Positions 49,471 through 59,181 of a stretch of DNA of 64,000 nucleotides are shown here, piece by piece. The position numbers and the translations under genes are program-made. The stretch covers positions 64,001-128,000 of the forward strand of contig JAPDJY010000030.1 of NCBI GenBank assembly GCA_029258835.1. The letters run 5' to 3'. Below the pieces are notes generated by a model, which was given only the letters and a program-made list of their open reading frames with translations, did not search any database and was not told the origin of the DNA. This DNA is from Thermoproteota archaeon. GTDB lineage: Archaea > Asgardarchaeota > Jordiarchaeia > Jordiarchaeales > Freyrarchaeaceae. Numbering within the stretch: position 1 is the stretch's first letter; each line of letters begins with the position of its first letter.

Positions 49471-50991
49471 TTAGAAGGCAGGCTTCAAGAAGCGGTCATA
49501 AAATGTTCTAATAGCCTTCTCCTCTCTTTCCCTTACAAGGTTCTTTTTTGAGAGCATCTCTAAACCCCTAGAGAACAGCTCCGCCACCTTCGGATTTAAC
49601 AAGTAATTAAACCTTTTCATGCCAGTCGAGATGAACTGTAGGCTTTTCCTTCTTTCCAGACTTCCTCTCACCGTCTTCTCTAAGTTTCTTGAGGCCTGAA
49701 TTCCTCCTGCCTCATCTATGGTTAAAGGTGGAATAACTATAACCTCCTCCCTCCTATCCCTGCGAACCTTCGCAGCAAAAAACGGGACGTAAACGGTTAC
49801 CGGAGCATCCACCTGGACAGTACTGGAAGAGAGAAGGAACCGCTTGTTCTCCTCAACCCCTCTCTTAGCACGAGGCAACCACTTCTGGAAGGATGCTACA
49901 TACTCCTCTCTTAGCGTCATAGCCTTAAAAAGGAGCTCCTTAACCCTTTTAACGTCCAAGTCCATCCTCGCCACCTCCCTCTCAAACTCGTTAAGAATCC
50001 TCTTCCTCCTTTTCTGAAACCTTTTTTCCTCTCTTCTCTTCCTTCTCTCCTTTTCCGCTTCAAACCTCTCCTTCTGCTTAAGGTAGTTTTCGCACTTCCT
50101 CTCTAGGGAAACCAGCTTCTCCAAGATTTCCTCTAAAAACTCTATGGCATCCCCAAGCTTATCCAGCATGTCTTCAGGCTCGCTTACAGAGGATAAACCC
50201 GTAAGCTTACCCTCTACCCTCTTAGCGTACCGTGAAAGCACCGTGATCCTAGGAGGAACCCCGCCAAACTTCTCCCTATCTATTCTTTTAATTTCATCCT
50301 CCATCTCCTGGCTAGCCCTGCTTATCTCCCTCTCAGCTTTCTCCCTCAGCCTTCTCCTCTCTCTTTCCACATCCGCCTCAACCTCCTCCACCTTCCTCCT
50401 AAAGAAATCAAGTCTTTCCTCTAGGAAAGCAGTAAACCTCCTATACTCCCCAGAAGCGTCATCCACCTTCTCGTCTGTAAGAAACTGGGTGATTGCTGGA
50501 TTTCTGCAAACGACGTCTAGAGTTACTTCTGCAGGGACAACCTCGTCAGGATTAACCCTCCACTCTTCTAAGAAGGAAAGCCGCTCCTTTAACTCCGATA
50601 GCACCCCCCCAAACAGTATCCCTTTCAATTCTATCTTCGACAGCTTGAGACTGTCCTTCACCAGTGAAACATATCTCTCTAAGCCAGCGACGAAATCCTG
50701 CAACTCGTTCGATTTAAGCTGATCATATGGTGGAGGCGGCACCCCTAAGCCACACTTAACACCCTCAGACCATGAAGCCGAGGAATCAATAGCCACCATG
50801 TTGCCTCCATCTACCTGAACTAAGTGTACCGCCGAGAAGAATCTTGAAACTTCGGCCAGCTCGTAATCTTTAGGGGCTCTTCTCCATATTTCTCGAAGCG
50901 CCAGGGCTATCTCAACGTATTCCCCCTCACTAGGACGGTATACTTTCCCTCTTTGAAGCACGAACGGGATAGATAAAATAGATACTGGCAT
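49471..50991 (-). CDS. Long coiled-coil protein with globular ends
   Basis: E/R/K-rich heptads over the central ~220 aa; VYVPFF motif. Confidence 0.75.
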   Translation of the reverse strand: MPVSILSIPFVLQRGKVYRPSEGEYVEIALALREIWRRAPKDYELAEVSRFFSAVHLVQVDGGNMVAIDSSASWSEGVKCGLGVPPPPYDQLKSNELQDFVAGLERYVSLVKDSLKLSKIELKGILFGGVLSELKERLSFLEEWRVNPDEVVPAEVTLDVVCRNPAITQFLTDEKVDDASGEYRRFTAFLEERLDFFRRKVEEVEADVERERRRLREKAEREISRASQEMEDEIKRIDREKFGGVPPRITVLSRYAKRVEGKLTGLSSVSEPEDMLDKLGDAIEFLEEILEKLVSLERKCENYLKQKERFEAEKERRKRREEKRFQKRRKRILNEFEREVARMDLDVKRVKELLFKAMTLREEYVASFQKWLPRAKRGVEENKRFLLSSSTVQVDAPVTVYVPFFAAKVRRDRREEVIVIPPLTIDEAGGIQASRNLEKTVRGSLERRKSLQFISTGMKRFNYLLNPKVAELFSRGLEMLSKKNLVREREEKAIRTFYDRFLKPAF

Positions 50992-51093
50992 ACCGCTCCC
51001 CTTCAGCCTCTCTCTAAGAGATTTCCAAACTACTACTTAACTCTTCCCTCCTTTGATTTTTAGGGGTTTAAAGGGGAAAGTGACGTCCTTTCT

Positions 51094-51930
51094 TTGGAAA
51101 AAAGGGAGGAGGATGCTTTGAAGCTTAAGGTCAAAGCTAGCTGCAACGTGTGCGGGGACGTATACCACGAAGTAGACCTTGAAGGAGAGCGCCTATCATG
51201 GTTCAACGACCAGCTTAAGAAGAGCGGCGTAGCCCCTGTAAGCTGGGATCACGGAGACCACATACTCGTCGTATACGTGGATAAGCGCGGGTCAGCTAGA
51301 GCCTCCTACACCTATCCAGTCGTGAAGACGCGGCTGACAAAGCAAAACTGGAGAAGGGTGAAGGCGAAAGCCCTAGTCGACTCGAACGTGAACATGCTCT
51401 TCGCGAACTGGAACAACAAACTATACTGTGACTCATATTGGCGCTTGGCAACCGAGCCCGAGGAAGTTCTTCCTCACGCCGACACAGCCAGGATTGCCTC
51501 ACTGGACGGCCGCGAATTCTGGATTCTTTCATCGGGTGCTAACAGAATGATCATCGCAAGGATGCTCGGGTGGCATAGAGACTTCTTCCAAGCCATGCAG
51601 GAGCTTCTCACCCAAGCTACGCTAGCTGAACCGGACATAGTTGGAAATCCTGTAGTTCAAGCTGTTTTAGCCTCAATAGCGTCGACTCCCTTCTTCTACA
51701 CTTCAAACTCCGCCAGCGTGTTCTCAGACCTAAACAAGCGAGTGAAGGCTACTAGAGCCGCCCTTCTAGCAAAGCACAGCTTAAACGGTGAGCTTGCACT
51801 CCTCATAGACTCCCTTAACAGCCACGGCACGTTGAAGGACGCCCTCCTCTCAGCGACACCCCGTCAGATCTCCCTTCTCGTGAAGTACTATAGGACGTTG
51901 AAGAATACGGGCGTTTTAAAAGCGGTCTAG
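51094..51930 (+). CDS. Hypothetical with N-terminal putative Zn site (CxxC...HxxH)
   Basis: CNVCG...HGDHILVVYVD; first gene of a tight 3-gene run. Confidence 0.7.
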   Translation: MEKREEDALKLKVKASCNVCGDVYHEVDLEGERLSWFNDQLKKSGVAPVSWDHGDHILVVYVDKRGSARASYTYPVVKTRLTKQNWRRVKAKALVDSNVNMLFANWNNKLYCDSYWRLATEPEEVLPHADTARIASLDGREFWILSSGANRMIIARMLGWHRDFFQAMQELLTQATLAEPDIVGNPVVQAVLASIASTPFFYTSNSASVFSDLNKRVKATRAALLAKHSLNGELALLIDSLNSHGTLKDALLSATPRQISLLVKYYRTLKNTGVLKAV

Positions 51931-51942
51931 GAGGGTGAAAAA

Positions 51943-53007
51943 TTGCTTATGGTAAGAAAGTTCAGGTGCGCTATGAAGCTTCTAAGAAATGTTAACTCAC
52001 TTTTAAGCGTCTCAAGGCTTGGAAGAATGGTTAATGCCTTAGCTTTAGTCATAGGCCTCGACAAACTCGGCCTCTTAGCTCTCCTAGAGTCTCCAAGAAG
52101 CATCGAGGAGATCGCCGCCTTCATAGGGGACGTTAAACGCCAAGCCTTCCTAGAGGAATTACTGAAGGCGCTGGTCAACGAAGGGGTCCTAGATGGGTCA
52201 AACGGGCTATTCAGGGTAAACAAAGCAACAGTCAAAAAATTGTACAGTATGAGGGGCAGCCACCCCTTCTTTAAAGGCGCTGAATACCTCCTAGCCGGAT
52301 TTGAAGAGTTCATGTATGAAATACTAGTTGAGGTTCTCAGAGGAGCCTCCTTCGACTTCGTCTCCCCAGAGGTAGCCACCCTATTCTACCTTCAAAATAG
52401 CAGTCCCGCCTACAAGATTGGAAGAGAAATCCTCCTAGAGCTTGGAGGCGGAAAAAATCTTAAAGGCAAGTGCATCCTCGACCTGGGCTGCGGCTTCGGA
52501 GTCGAACCACTAACCATTCTGGAATATTTGGACTTTAACTGCCACCTCATCTGCGCCGACTTCTTCTCGAACGTGGTCGACGAGTGCATGCACACTATGG
52601 TTGAAGGTGAAAGCACGCCTCTTCCCGTACCTAAACCCCTCAAGGACCTCGACAACGTAGAGTTCGTGGTGCTAGACCCATCCATGAACACGCCTTTCCC
52701 CCTCCCCGACGAGTCGGTTGACTCGGTCTTCTCCTTCCAGCTCCTCCACTGGAGCAGCTACCCTCAAAGGATAATCAACGAGTGCGCAAGGGTTCTAAGG
52801 AAAGGCGGAACCCTCATGATCGCAACACCACTCAAGGACGATAACGAGACCACCACGATAGACGTGGTGGTGAAGGCATCTGGTGGAAACAGGATCTACA
52901 CTGAAAGTGAGCTGTCAGCGTTCATGGAGGAGGCAGGGCTAGAAGTGCATTGTTCATTCCTTTCAAACTTTATGGTGGCAAGGAAACCTAACAACAGCCG
53001 GAAGTGA
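51943..53007 (+). CDS. wHTH-fused class I methyltransferase
   Basis: SPRSIEEIA HTH; ILDLGCGFG, PDESVD, LHW, RVLRKGG. Confidence 0.85.
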   Translation: MLMVRKFRCAMKLLRNVNSLLSVSRLGRMVNALALVIGLDKLGLLALLESPRSIEEIAAFIGDVKRQAFLEELLKALVNEGVLDGSNGLFRVNKATVKKLYSMRGSHPFFKGAEYLLAGFEEFMYEILVEVLRGASFDFVSPEVATLFYLQNSSPAYKIGREILLELGGGKNLKGKCILDLGCGFGVEPLTILEYLDFNCHLICADFFSNVVDECMHTMVEGESTPLPVPKPLKDLDNVEFVVLDPSMNTPFPLPDESVDSVFSFQLLHWSSYPQRIINECARVLRKGGTLMIATPLKDDNETTTIDVVVKASGGNRIYTESELSAFMEEAGLEVHCSFLSNFMVARKPNNSRK

Positions 53008-53717
53008 TGCCTATGCTACGTGAACTCCTCATAATAAACGTTGACGGAGTGTGCGCTGTATCGGTCTCCCCCGACGGCGTCGGGGTAGACTCCCAGCTCA
53101 TGGCGGGGGTGATCGCTGCGATTCAAAGGTTCTGGGCTGAGGTAACCGGCGAGGTCCCCACAACCATAACCCTTGAAAGCAGCGAAATAGCGATCAAACG
53201 CTTTACGACGGGGAAAAGGGACTGGTTTCTAGTCTTAATAATGGACCCTGAGGGTAAGAGCTCCATTCCAAGCGTTGAAAACGCGGTGTTGAGTGTTGTA
53301 AGCAAGTGGAAAACTTTCTTTGAAGAATTTAACGGAGAGCTTTCAGCCATTAACAAACTGAAAAAGGAGTTCGTAATGGCTCTTTCAAAGGTCCCCTGTC
53401 CTAGGATGAATAAATGCGTTTTCAGGGGTAAATTTTGGAAGCCTGAAGCATGCAGCGTCATAGCACCATGTCCTTACATAGACAAGAAGAAATGGGCGAG
53501 GAGAATAGAGTTTTACAGTGCGGTGATAATGCCGAACGCGTACAAAATATTAACGGTAAGCAAGGAAGGCACCCCGCTCAGGCCAGGGATGACCGTCGCC
53601 GAAGCACTGGAAAAGCTTAAAGGAAACGAGGAAGAACTCCTCGTCATGATCGAGAAAGGACTAGTTAAACTTGTGAAAAACGTGGATGGAATGCAGCTTG
53701 CAACATCTAAAATGTGA
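53004..53717 (+). CDS. Longin/roadblock-like domain protein with Cys-rich C-terminus
   Basis: LLIINVDGVC...DSQLMAGVIAAIQRF; CP...C...C...CP. Confidence 0.68.
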   Translation: MMPMLRELLIINVDGVCAVSVSPDGVGVDSQLMAGVIAAIQRFWAEVTGEVPTTITLESSEIAIKRFTTGKRDWFLVLIMDPEGKSSIPSVENAVLSVVSKWKTFFEEFNGELSAINKLKKEFVMALSKVPCPRMNKCVFRGKFWKPEACSVIAPCPYIDKKKWARRIEFYSAVIMPNAYKILTVSKEGTPLRPGMTVAEALEKLKGNEEELLVMIEKGLVKLVKNVDGMQLATSKM

Positions 53718-53778
53718 AAGGAAAAACGTTGCCGCATTAGCAGAACAATTTAAATCTCCCTCCTACACCGTTTAACCG

Positions 53779-54801
53779 ATGAAGCCTCAAGCCACAAGAA
53801 GGATCTTTGAAGTGTCAGAGGGAATTCCCCTGATAGGATGCATAGCTTTCGGGGTAATAGACAGAGGGACAAACCTGATCCAAGTTAGGCCAACTTCCAT
53901 GTGCCCCCTCTCCTGCGTCTTCTGCTCCACCGACTCGGGTCCAAAGTCCAAAAACAGGCTTTCAGAATACTTGGTTCCATTAGACTACCTCGTTGAGGAA
54001 TTTGAAAGGCTAGCTCGCGTTAAGGGCAGAGGCGTCGAAGCCCACATAGACACTGTTGGAGACCCGCTAACATATCCTAAGCTGGTGGAGCTCGTACACG
54101 AGCTCAGCAACGTGGAGAACGTGACCGTAGTATCCATGCAAACCCATGGCTCCCTCCTAACAGAGAAGGTCCTAGACAGGCTGTCGTCAGCAGGTTTGTC
54201 AAGGATAAATCTCTCCATAGACTCCATGGATGTGGAGATGGCCAGGAAGCTCTCCGGCACCGAATGGTATAATGTTGAACGCGTGGCCAAGATGGCAAAA
54301 TACATCGTAGACAACACTGCAATAGACCTTTTAGTAGCTCCGGTCTGGGTTCCAGGCATGAACGATCAGGAAATACCGAAGATAATCGAGTTCGCCATCA
54401 GGGTTGGCGCTGGGAAAAGATGGCCTCCCCTCGGGATACAAAAGTACGAGGCACATAAACATGGCAGAAAACCTAAGGGAGTGCGCCCGATTCCGTGGCG
54501 TGCCTTCTATGGCAAGCTGAAAGAATGGGAGAGAAGGTTCAATGTTAAGTTAAAACTCGCCCCTTCGGACTTCTCTATAAGGAAAACTGCAACCATCCCA
54601 ACTCCTTACAAGCTCTTCGAGAAAGTAAAGGTTAAAGTCGTGGCTTTGGGATGGCTGAAACATGAAAAGTTAGCTGTCACGGTGAGGGGGGACAGGACGG
54701 TGACCTTAATCAGGGCGGATCACGTACCCATAGGTGCAAAGGTGAAAGCAAGGGTGATCTCAAACAAGCATAATATATACGTAGCTGAACCAATACTATA
54801 A
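53779..54801 (+). CDS. Archaeal radical SAM protein with C-terminal TRAM-like domain
   Basis: FGVIDRGTN, CPLSCVFCS, MQTHG, KHNIY. Confidence 0.85.
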   Translation: MKPQATRRIFEVSEGIPLIGCIAFGVIDRGTNLIQVRPTSMCPLSCVFCSTDSGPKSKNRLSEYLVPLDYLVEEFERLARVKGRGVEAHIDTVGDPLTYPKLVELVHELSNVENVTVVSMQTHGSLLTEKVLDRLSSAGLSRINLSIDSMDVEMARKLSGTEWYNVERVAKMAKYIVDNTAIDLLVAPVWVPGMNDQEIPKIIEFAIRVGAGKRWPPLGIQKYEAHKHGRKPKGVRPIPWRAFYGKLKEWERRFNVKLKLAPSDFSIRKTATIPTPYKLFEKVKVKVVALGWLKHEKLAVTVRGDRTVTLIRADHVPIGAKVKARVISNKHNIYVAEPIL

Positions 54802-54849
54802 CAGATGACTCCGGAATCCACATTTAACCCCTTATAAGAAGGTGATCGC

Positions 54850-55536
54850 ATGTACGAGATCTTGTTTCTCGTCGATAACAGCGAGCTTGTGGAGGGAGTT
54901 AAGTCAACTTGGGGCTTATCGATCTTGGTTAAGTCACCCTCGGAAAAGCTTCTCTTCGACGTCGGCCCCTCATTCAGCCTCCTCACCGCAAACGCCAGCA
55001 AGCTTGGTGAAGACCTCAGCGACGTAAATACCGTGGTCATATCGCACATGCACTCTGACCATGCAGGCGCCCTTAAAGCCTTCATCGACTTTAATCCTGC
55101 CGTCCGCATATTCCTGCCTGCAAGCCCGCTTTCACCCCATTACTTCCATGCAAACTTAACCTACGTTAAAGGTTGGCTTGCCCTTTCTGAAGGCATCCAC
55201 GTTACAGGTCCTTTCCCGTCGTTTCCAGAGCAAGCCTTAGCTATACTAAGCAGACGCGGCCCCTTCATCCTAGTTGGCTGCTCCCACCCTGGACTGACTA
55301 GTATACTGAAAAAGGTCGTTGAAGAAACAGGCGTAAGCGGGATTCTAGGTGTCGCAGGGGGATTCCACGTCTCAGTCTCTAAGGAACTCCTAATAGCTGC
55401 AGAGTACTTGAAGACACTTTCCCCATCCATAGTAGTTCCCTCACACTGCACTTCTCAAGGAGCCATCGACTATCTTAAGTCGGAACTGGGTGAATGCGTT
55501 GTGAAGGGAGGTGTTGGGTTAAGACTAACCATTTAA
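54850..55536 (+). CDS. MBL-fold metallo-hydrolase
   Basis: SHMHSDHAG, GCSHPG, GGFH, SHCT. Confidence 0.88.
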   Translation: MYEILFLVDNSELVEGVKSTWGLSILVKSPSEKLLFDVGPSFSLLTANASKLGEDLSDVNTVVISHMHSDHAGALKAFIDFNPAVRIFLPASPLSPHYFHANLTYVKGWLALSEGIHVTGPFPSFPEQALAILSRRGPFILVGCSHPGLTSILKKVVEETGVSGILGVAGGFHVSVSKELLIAAEYLKTLSPSIVVPSHCTSQGAIDYLKSELGECVVKGGVGLRLTI

Positions 55537-57359
55537 CCTTTATCAACCTCTTTAAATATTTCATCGAGCTCTTTCCTTAGGGCTCTCACGTTAACTTTCC
55601 CTATAACCGTTACTGGAATTTTTTCCTTGATCACGAAGAGCTCTGGAACCTTATGTAGGGGGAGGTTGGCCCTACACCACGCCCTTAACTCCTCCTCCAC
55701 CCCCTCCTTTCTCCTGTACTTTTCCTCCAGTTCTATGAAGGCTGCAACGACTTCGCCATAATCTGGATGGCTATGTTTGATCACTTTAGCTATTTTAACG
55801 GCAGGATGCTTGGCTATTACCTCCTCCACCTCTGCTGGGTAGAACGGCGTTTCCATTTTACCTTCCTCAATTCTGCCCATATAATAAATGAAGCCGTCTT
55901 CATCGTACATTCCAATGTCTCCCGTTCGCATCCATCCGTCGATCAACGGTAAAGGTGCCCCCCTAGGCTTGCTAAAATAGCTTTTAGCCATCGCCGGGGA
56001 CTTAAGCATGATCTCCCCTACTTCACCCGGCGGGAGGATTTTTCCCGTTTCCGGATCAACTATCTTAATGAACGTTTTTGGTGAGGGTATCCCGCAGAAC
56101 ACCCCGTTGTACCTCTCTGATCTTTCAACGTCAAGGTTCTCAATGAAAAACGCATTAGCTATGGTGTCGTACGTGTGGCTCTCAGCTAACCCGTAGCTTA
56201 CCTCACAGAGGACAACTCCTGTCAGGTCAAACCACCTCATCCTTAAACTCTTGGTTAAACGTGTTGTGATGCTCGTCCCAATGCAGCTCCTTAAACTTTT
56301 AAGATTGTACCTTCCAACCTTAGGATGCCTTAGGATCTCATCGTAAAGGGAGAATTCAAGGTAGGTAATGGTTACCTTGTACCTTTCGATGGCTTGCATG
56401 GCGGATACGGGATCCCACTTCTCCATTAAAACTACGGTTTTACCCCCAAAGATGGGGCCGTCCACGCAGCATAGCTTCCCCGCAATCCAGAAGCTTGGCA
56501 TAGCACCCAAAATAACGTCGTCTTCGAACTCCTTCTCCAGCACCTCAAACTTAACGCTTTGCTTCCTGTACTTTTTGACTATGGGGGCGGCGTTAACGTA
56601 AGTGTAGGTGAGAGCTGCTTTAAAGAGTACGTTCCAGTGCGTGTGCAGGCAAGGCTTTGGAAGCTTATAGGTTCCACCTGTAAAAACTATTGTTGCTGGG
56701 TCATCGAGTTTAACGTCAACTTTCCCCGTATCCGCCTCTGCTTCCTTTAAAACCTTCACCAGATCCCATCCTTCTCCAATGTCCTTCTTAGGCTCCTTAA
56801 CCTCAGGAGGCGTCTCTATCTCAGCTTTCTCCATAAAGTCTGACAAACATGTTGCTACAATGCCCTCTACTCCCCCAGCCTTCCTGGCGACATCGGACAT
56901 CATAGGGTAATTCCTGTCAAGGCACACCACAACCCTCGGCTCGATCTCCCCCAGCAAGTACTCGATTTCATATCTTTTCGCCCTAGGATTCATTAACGCC
57001 GCAATGCACCCTGCCTTGAGGCTGCCAAAATACGTTATAAGGAGTTGAGGGCAGTTAGGGAGATGAAGCGCTACAACGTCCCCTTTCCTAACCCCTAACT
57101 CCTTAAGGAAGCATGCAAACCTATCACTCAACTCGTTTAGCTCATTGTAAGTAATCCTCGAACCATAAAATATCACAGCATCCCTCTCGGGATGATCCCT
57201 AGCCCACCTCCTTAAGTACTCAGAGATCGGTACCTTACCATGGGGGTAGACCTCCTCCACGGGTAACGGGAGAGGCCAATTCTCCCTCCATTTCTCTAAA
57301 AGAATTTTAAGGTACCTCTCTTCTTCAGCCTCTCTCACCACGATATCAGCCACAACCAC
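55533..57359 (-). CDS. Long-chain acyl-CoA synthetase (ANL family)
   Basis: FTGGT..LPK, YGLAE, GWMRTGD, PAEVE, GKV. Confidence 0.88.
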   Translation of the reverse strand: MVVADIVVREAEEERYLKILLEKWRENWPLPLPVEEVYPHGKVPISEYLRRWARDHPERDAVIFYGSRITYNELNELSDRFACFLKELGVRKGDVVALHLPNCPQLLITYFGSLKAGCIAALMNPRAKRYEIEYLLGEIEPRVVVCLDRNYPMMSDVARKAGGVEGIVATCLSDFMEKAEIETPPEVKEPKKDIGEGWDLVKVLKEAEADTGKVDVKLDDPATIVFTGGTYKLPKPCLHTHWNVLFKAALTYTYVNAAPIVKKYRKQSVKFEVLEKEFEDDVILGAMPSFWIAGKLCCVDGPIFGGKTVVLMEKWDPVSAMQAIERYKVTITYLEFSLYDEILRHPKVGRYNLKSLRSCIGTSITTRLTKSLRMRWFDLTGVVLCEVSYGLAESHTYDTIANAFFIENLDVERSERYNGVFCGIPSPKTFIKIVDPETGKILPPGEVGEIMLKSPAMAKSYFSKPRGAPLPLIDGWMRTGDIGMYDEDGFIYYMGRIEEGKMETPFYPAEVEEVIAKHPAVKIAKVIKHSHPDYGEVVAAFIELEEKYRRKEGVEEELRAWCRANLPLHKVPELFVIKEKIPVTVIGKVNVRALRKELDEIFKEVDKG

Positions 57360-57459
57360 CTTTTAAGCAAGTGTAAAAACTGTGAACCACCAGCTGAATA
57401 AAGTTTTTGTCCTCCTCCCTCAGCCTTCTAAACCCTTACCTCCTCACCCCCAAAGACGC

Positions 57460-57659
57460 CGCCTTGCGAAGCAGTTAAATATTTTGTATGTGTTTGGGGT
57501 GCTGGCTTGGCCACGGGGTGGCCTATGGGTGGAGTCTTCGGACGCGTGGCTCCGGGGTCCCCCCGAAAGCCCCATCAGAGGCGCATGCCTCGATGACGGG
57601 GAAACACCTGACAGACCAAAACATACATCCACCCATAAAAACCTATCAAGCGTGACCCC
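57460..57659 (+). mobile_element. 200-bp non-autonomous element / ncRNA gene, copy B (omegaRNA/HgcC-like), followed by T-run
   Basis: Inverted near-copy of 10804-11003; TTAAATA at 57475-57481; stems GGCCAC/GTGGCC, TATGGGTGGA/TCCACCCATA, GTC-TTCG-GAC. Confidence 0.7.
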
Positions 57660-57675
57660 AACGTTTATCTCTTTT

Positions 57676-59181
57676 TTACCTCTTCCAGAATGCTTGGTGT
57701 CCCCCCCCGTGCTTTGTTCTTCTAGGCCTGATGTCGACTAGGATCGGCATTCTGGTCGCCATACCAGTGACCATCGCTGTCCCCGTGGGCAGAAGAGGTA
57801 TTCTTTCAGCATCATCAGCGCTGGCATAGTCTAAGATAGGCTTTAAGTATTCTATGTCGTAGGCTCCTTCTATACGCAAGATGATCTTCGTGCCGCACTG
57901 CGTTAGGATGTCCTTATCGAGTCCTGCAACCCTCTGGCTGGTCAGGCAGAGGGTTACGCCGAACTTCCTCCCTTCCCGTGCTATCCTTCTCAGCACAGAC
58001 CCGCAATAACCTCCTGCACCCTGCGGGGCAAACCTGTGGCTCTCTTCGACGACGATGGTTAAGGGGGGGATTTCCCCTCTTCTTCTAGCGGTGAAGATCT
58101 TCTCTAAGACCACTCCAACTATCGTCCTCCTAACCCTCTCATCCACGTTTCCGCTTAGGTCCAGAACCGAGAGTCGTCCCGGCTTGACGAGCCCTCCTAC
58201 GTCAACGTTTCCTCCGAAGAAGACAAACTCGTTTAAAGCCTGTATCTTTCTAAGGGTAGCCATCAAAGTGTTCCTTTGAAACCCCCACTCCTCGGCTGCA
58301 GCCTTAACAGCGCTGACTAGCTCCTCTAACCCGTAACCTTCACCGTCAACTTTCTTGAAGGCCAAGTAAAGAAGGTCTGATTGGGCTCCGCTCAGGTCGC
58401 AAACCTCGGCTAAGGCGTAAGGGTTCAAGTCGCTTATCCCTATAGACAGCTTTCTGCCCTCCTCCTCTCCTAAAGAGTATACAGTGGTTGGAAACCCCTT
58501 CAACGTCAAACCAATCCTCTTTGCCCTCTCAACGTCCTCGGGGTTATCGTTCTCCCGGGAAAACCACTTGTATTCCCCATGTGGGTCTACGGCGACTACA
58601 GGCATTCCTCTCTCTAAAAGCTCTTCAACCATCACACCAACAGCGTAGGACTTTCCGCTGCCAGTAGCTCCGAGAACCGCCACGTGATATGGGAGAAGCA
58701 TTTCCGGGTTCAAGAGGACTTTAACGTCGTTGTTCCCCCTCATAAACCCTATGAAGATCCCATCCGACCGGAAGTTCAGGAAGCCCTCTAAAAGCTCAGG
58801 CTTAGCCCTGTAAACGGTGTCCCCCGGCTCAGGCGGCGTCTCGGGAGGTAACAGCTTATCCCCCCGAATCACCCCTACCACTCTAACCCTTGCCACCCTC
58901 CACCTTCCCACCCGTGTTGGGAAACGGGCGTGAACAGGGATTCCTGCGTCAAGGTGGTACTGGAGAAACTCGGGGCTTGAGAAGTACTCGTTATATGAGT
59001 GGATGGAGTAGACGCGTCCAACTATGACACTTAACCCTAATGGAACCTCAACGTACTCTCCAACTTTAACATCCACGTCCTTAGCCACTTGGAATGAGAA
59101 GGAGAGGTGGTTAGGGGTCTGCCCTTCACATATGATCGTACCTAGCTCAAATGCTTTTCCACTCACACCATCACTCCCCAA
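57676..59181 (-). CDS. herA: HerA-family ATPase (HAS barrel + FtsK/HerA motor)
   Basis: GATGSGKS, DPHGEY, EESHRFAP, REGRKFG, SQR. Confidence 0.88.
   Translation of the reverse strand: MGSDGVSGKAFELGTIICEGQTPNHLSFSFQVAKDVDVKVGEYVEVPLGLSVIVGRVYSIHSYNEYFSSPEFLQYHLDAGIPVHARFPTRVGRWRVARVRVVGVIRGDKLLPPETPPEPGDTVYRAKPELLEGFLNFRSDGIFIGFMRGNNDVKVLLNPEMLLPYHVAVLGATGSGKSYAVGVMVEELLERGMPVVAVDPHGEYKWFSRENDNPEDVERAKRIGLTLKGFPTTVYSLGEEEGRKLSIGISDLNPYALAEVCDLSGAQSDLLYLAFKKVDGEGYGLEELVSAVKAAAEEWGFQRNTLMATLRKIQALNEFVFFGGNVDVGGLVKPGRLSVLDLSGNVDERVRRTIVGVVLEKIFTARRRGEIPPLTIVVEESHRFAPQGAGGYCGSVLRRIAREGRKFGVTLCLTSQRVAGLDKDILTQCGTKIILRIEGAYDIEYLKPILDYASADDAERIPLLPTGTAMVTGMATRMPILVDIRPRRTKHGGGHQAFWKR

Noticed and set aside
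55533-57359. Acyl-CoA synthetase as pseudogene (deviant P-loop TGGTYKLPKP, shortened hinge)
   Set aside because: ORF is full length with the other core motifs intact; treated as divergent but probably functional
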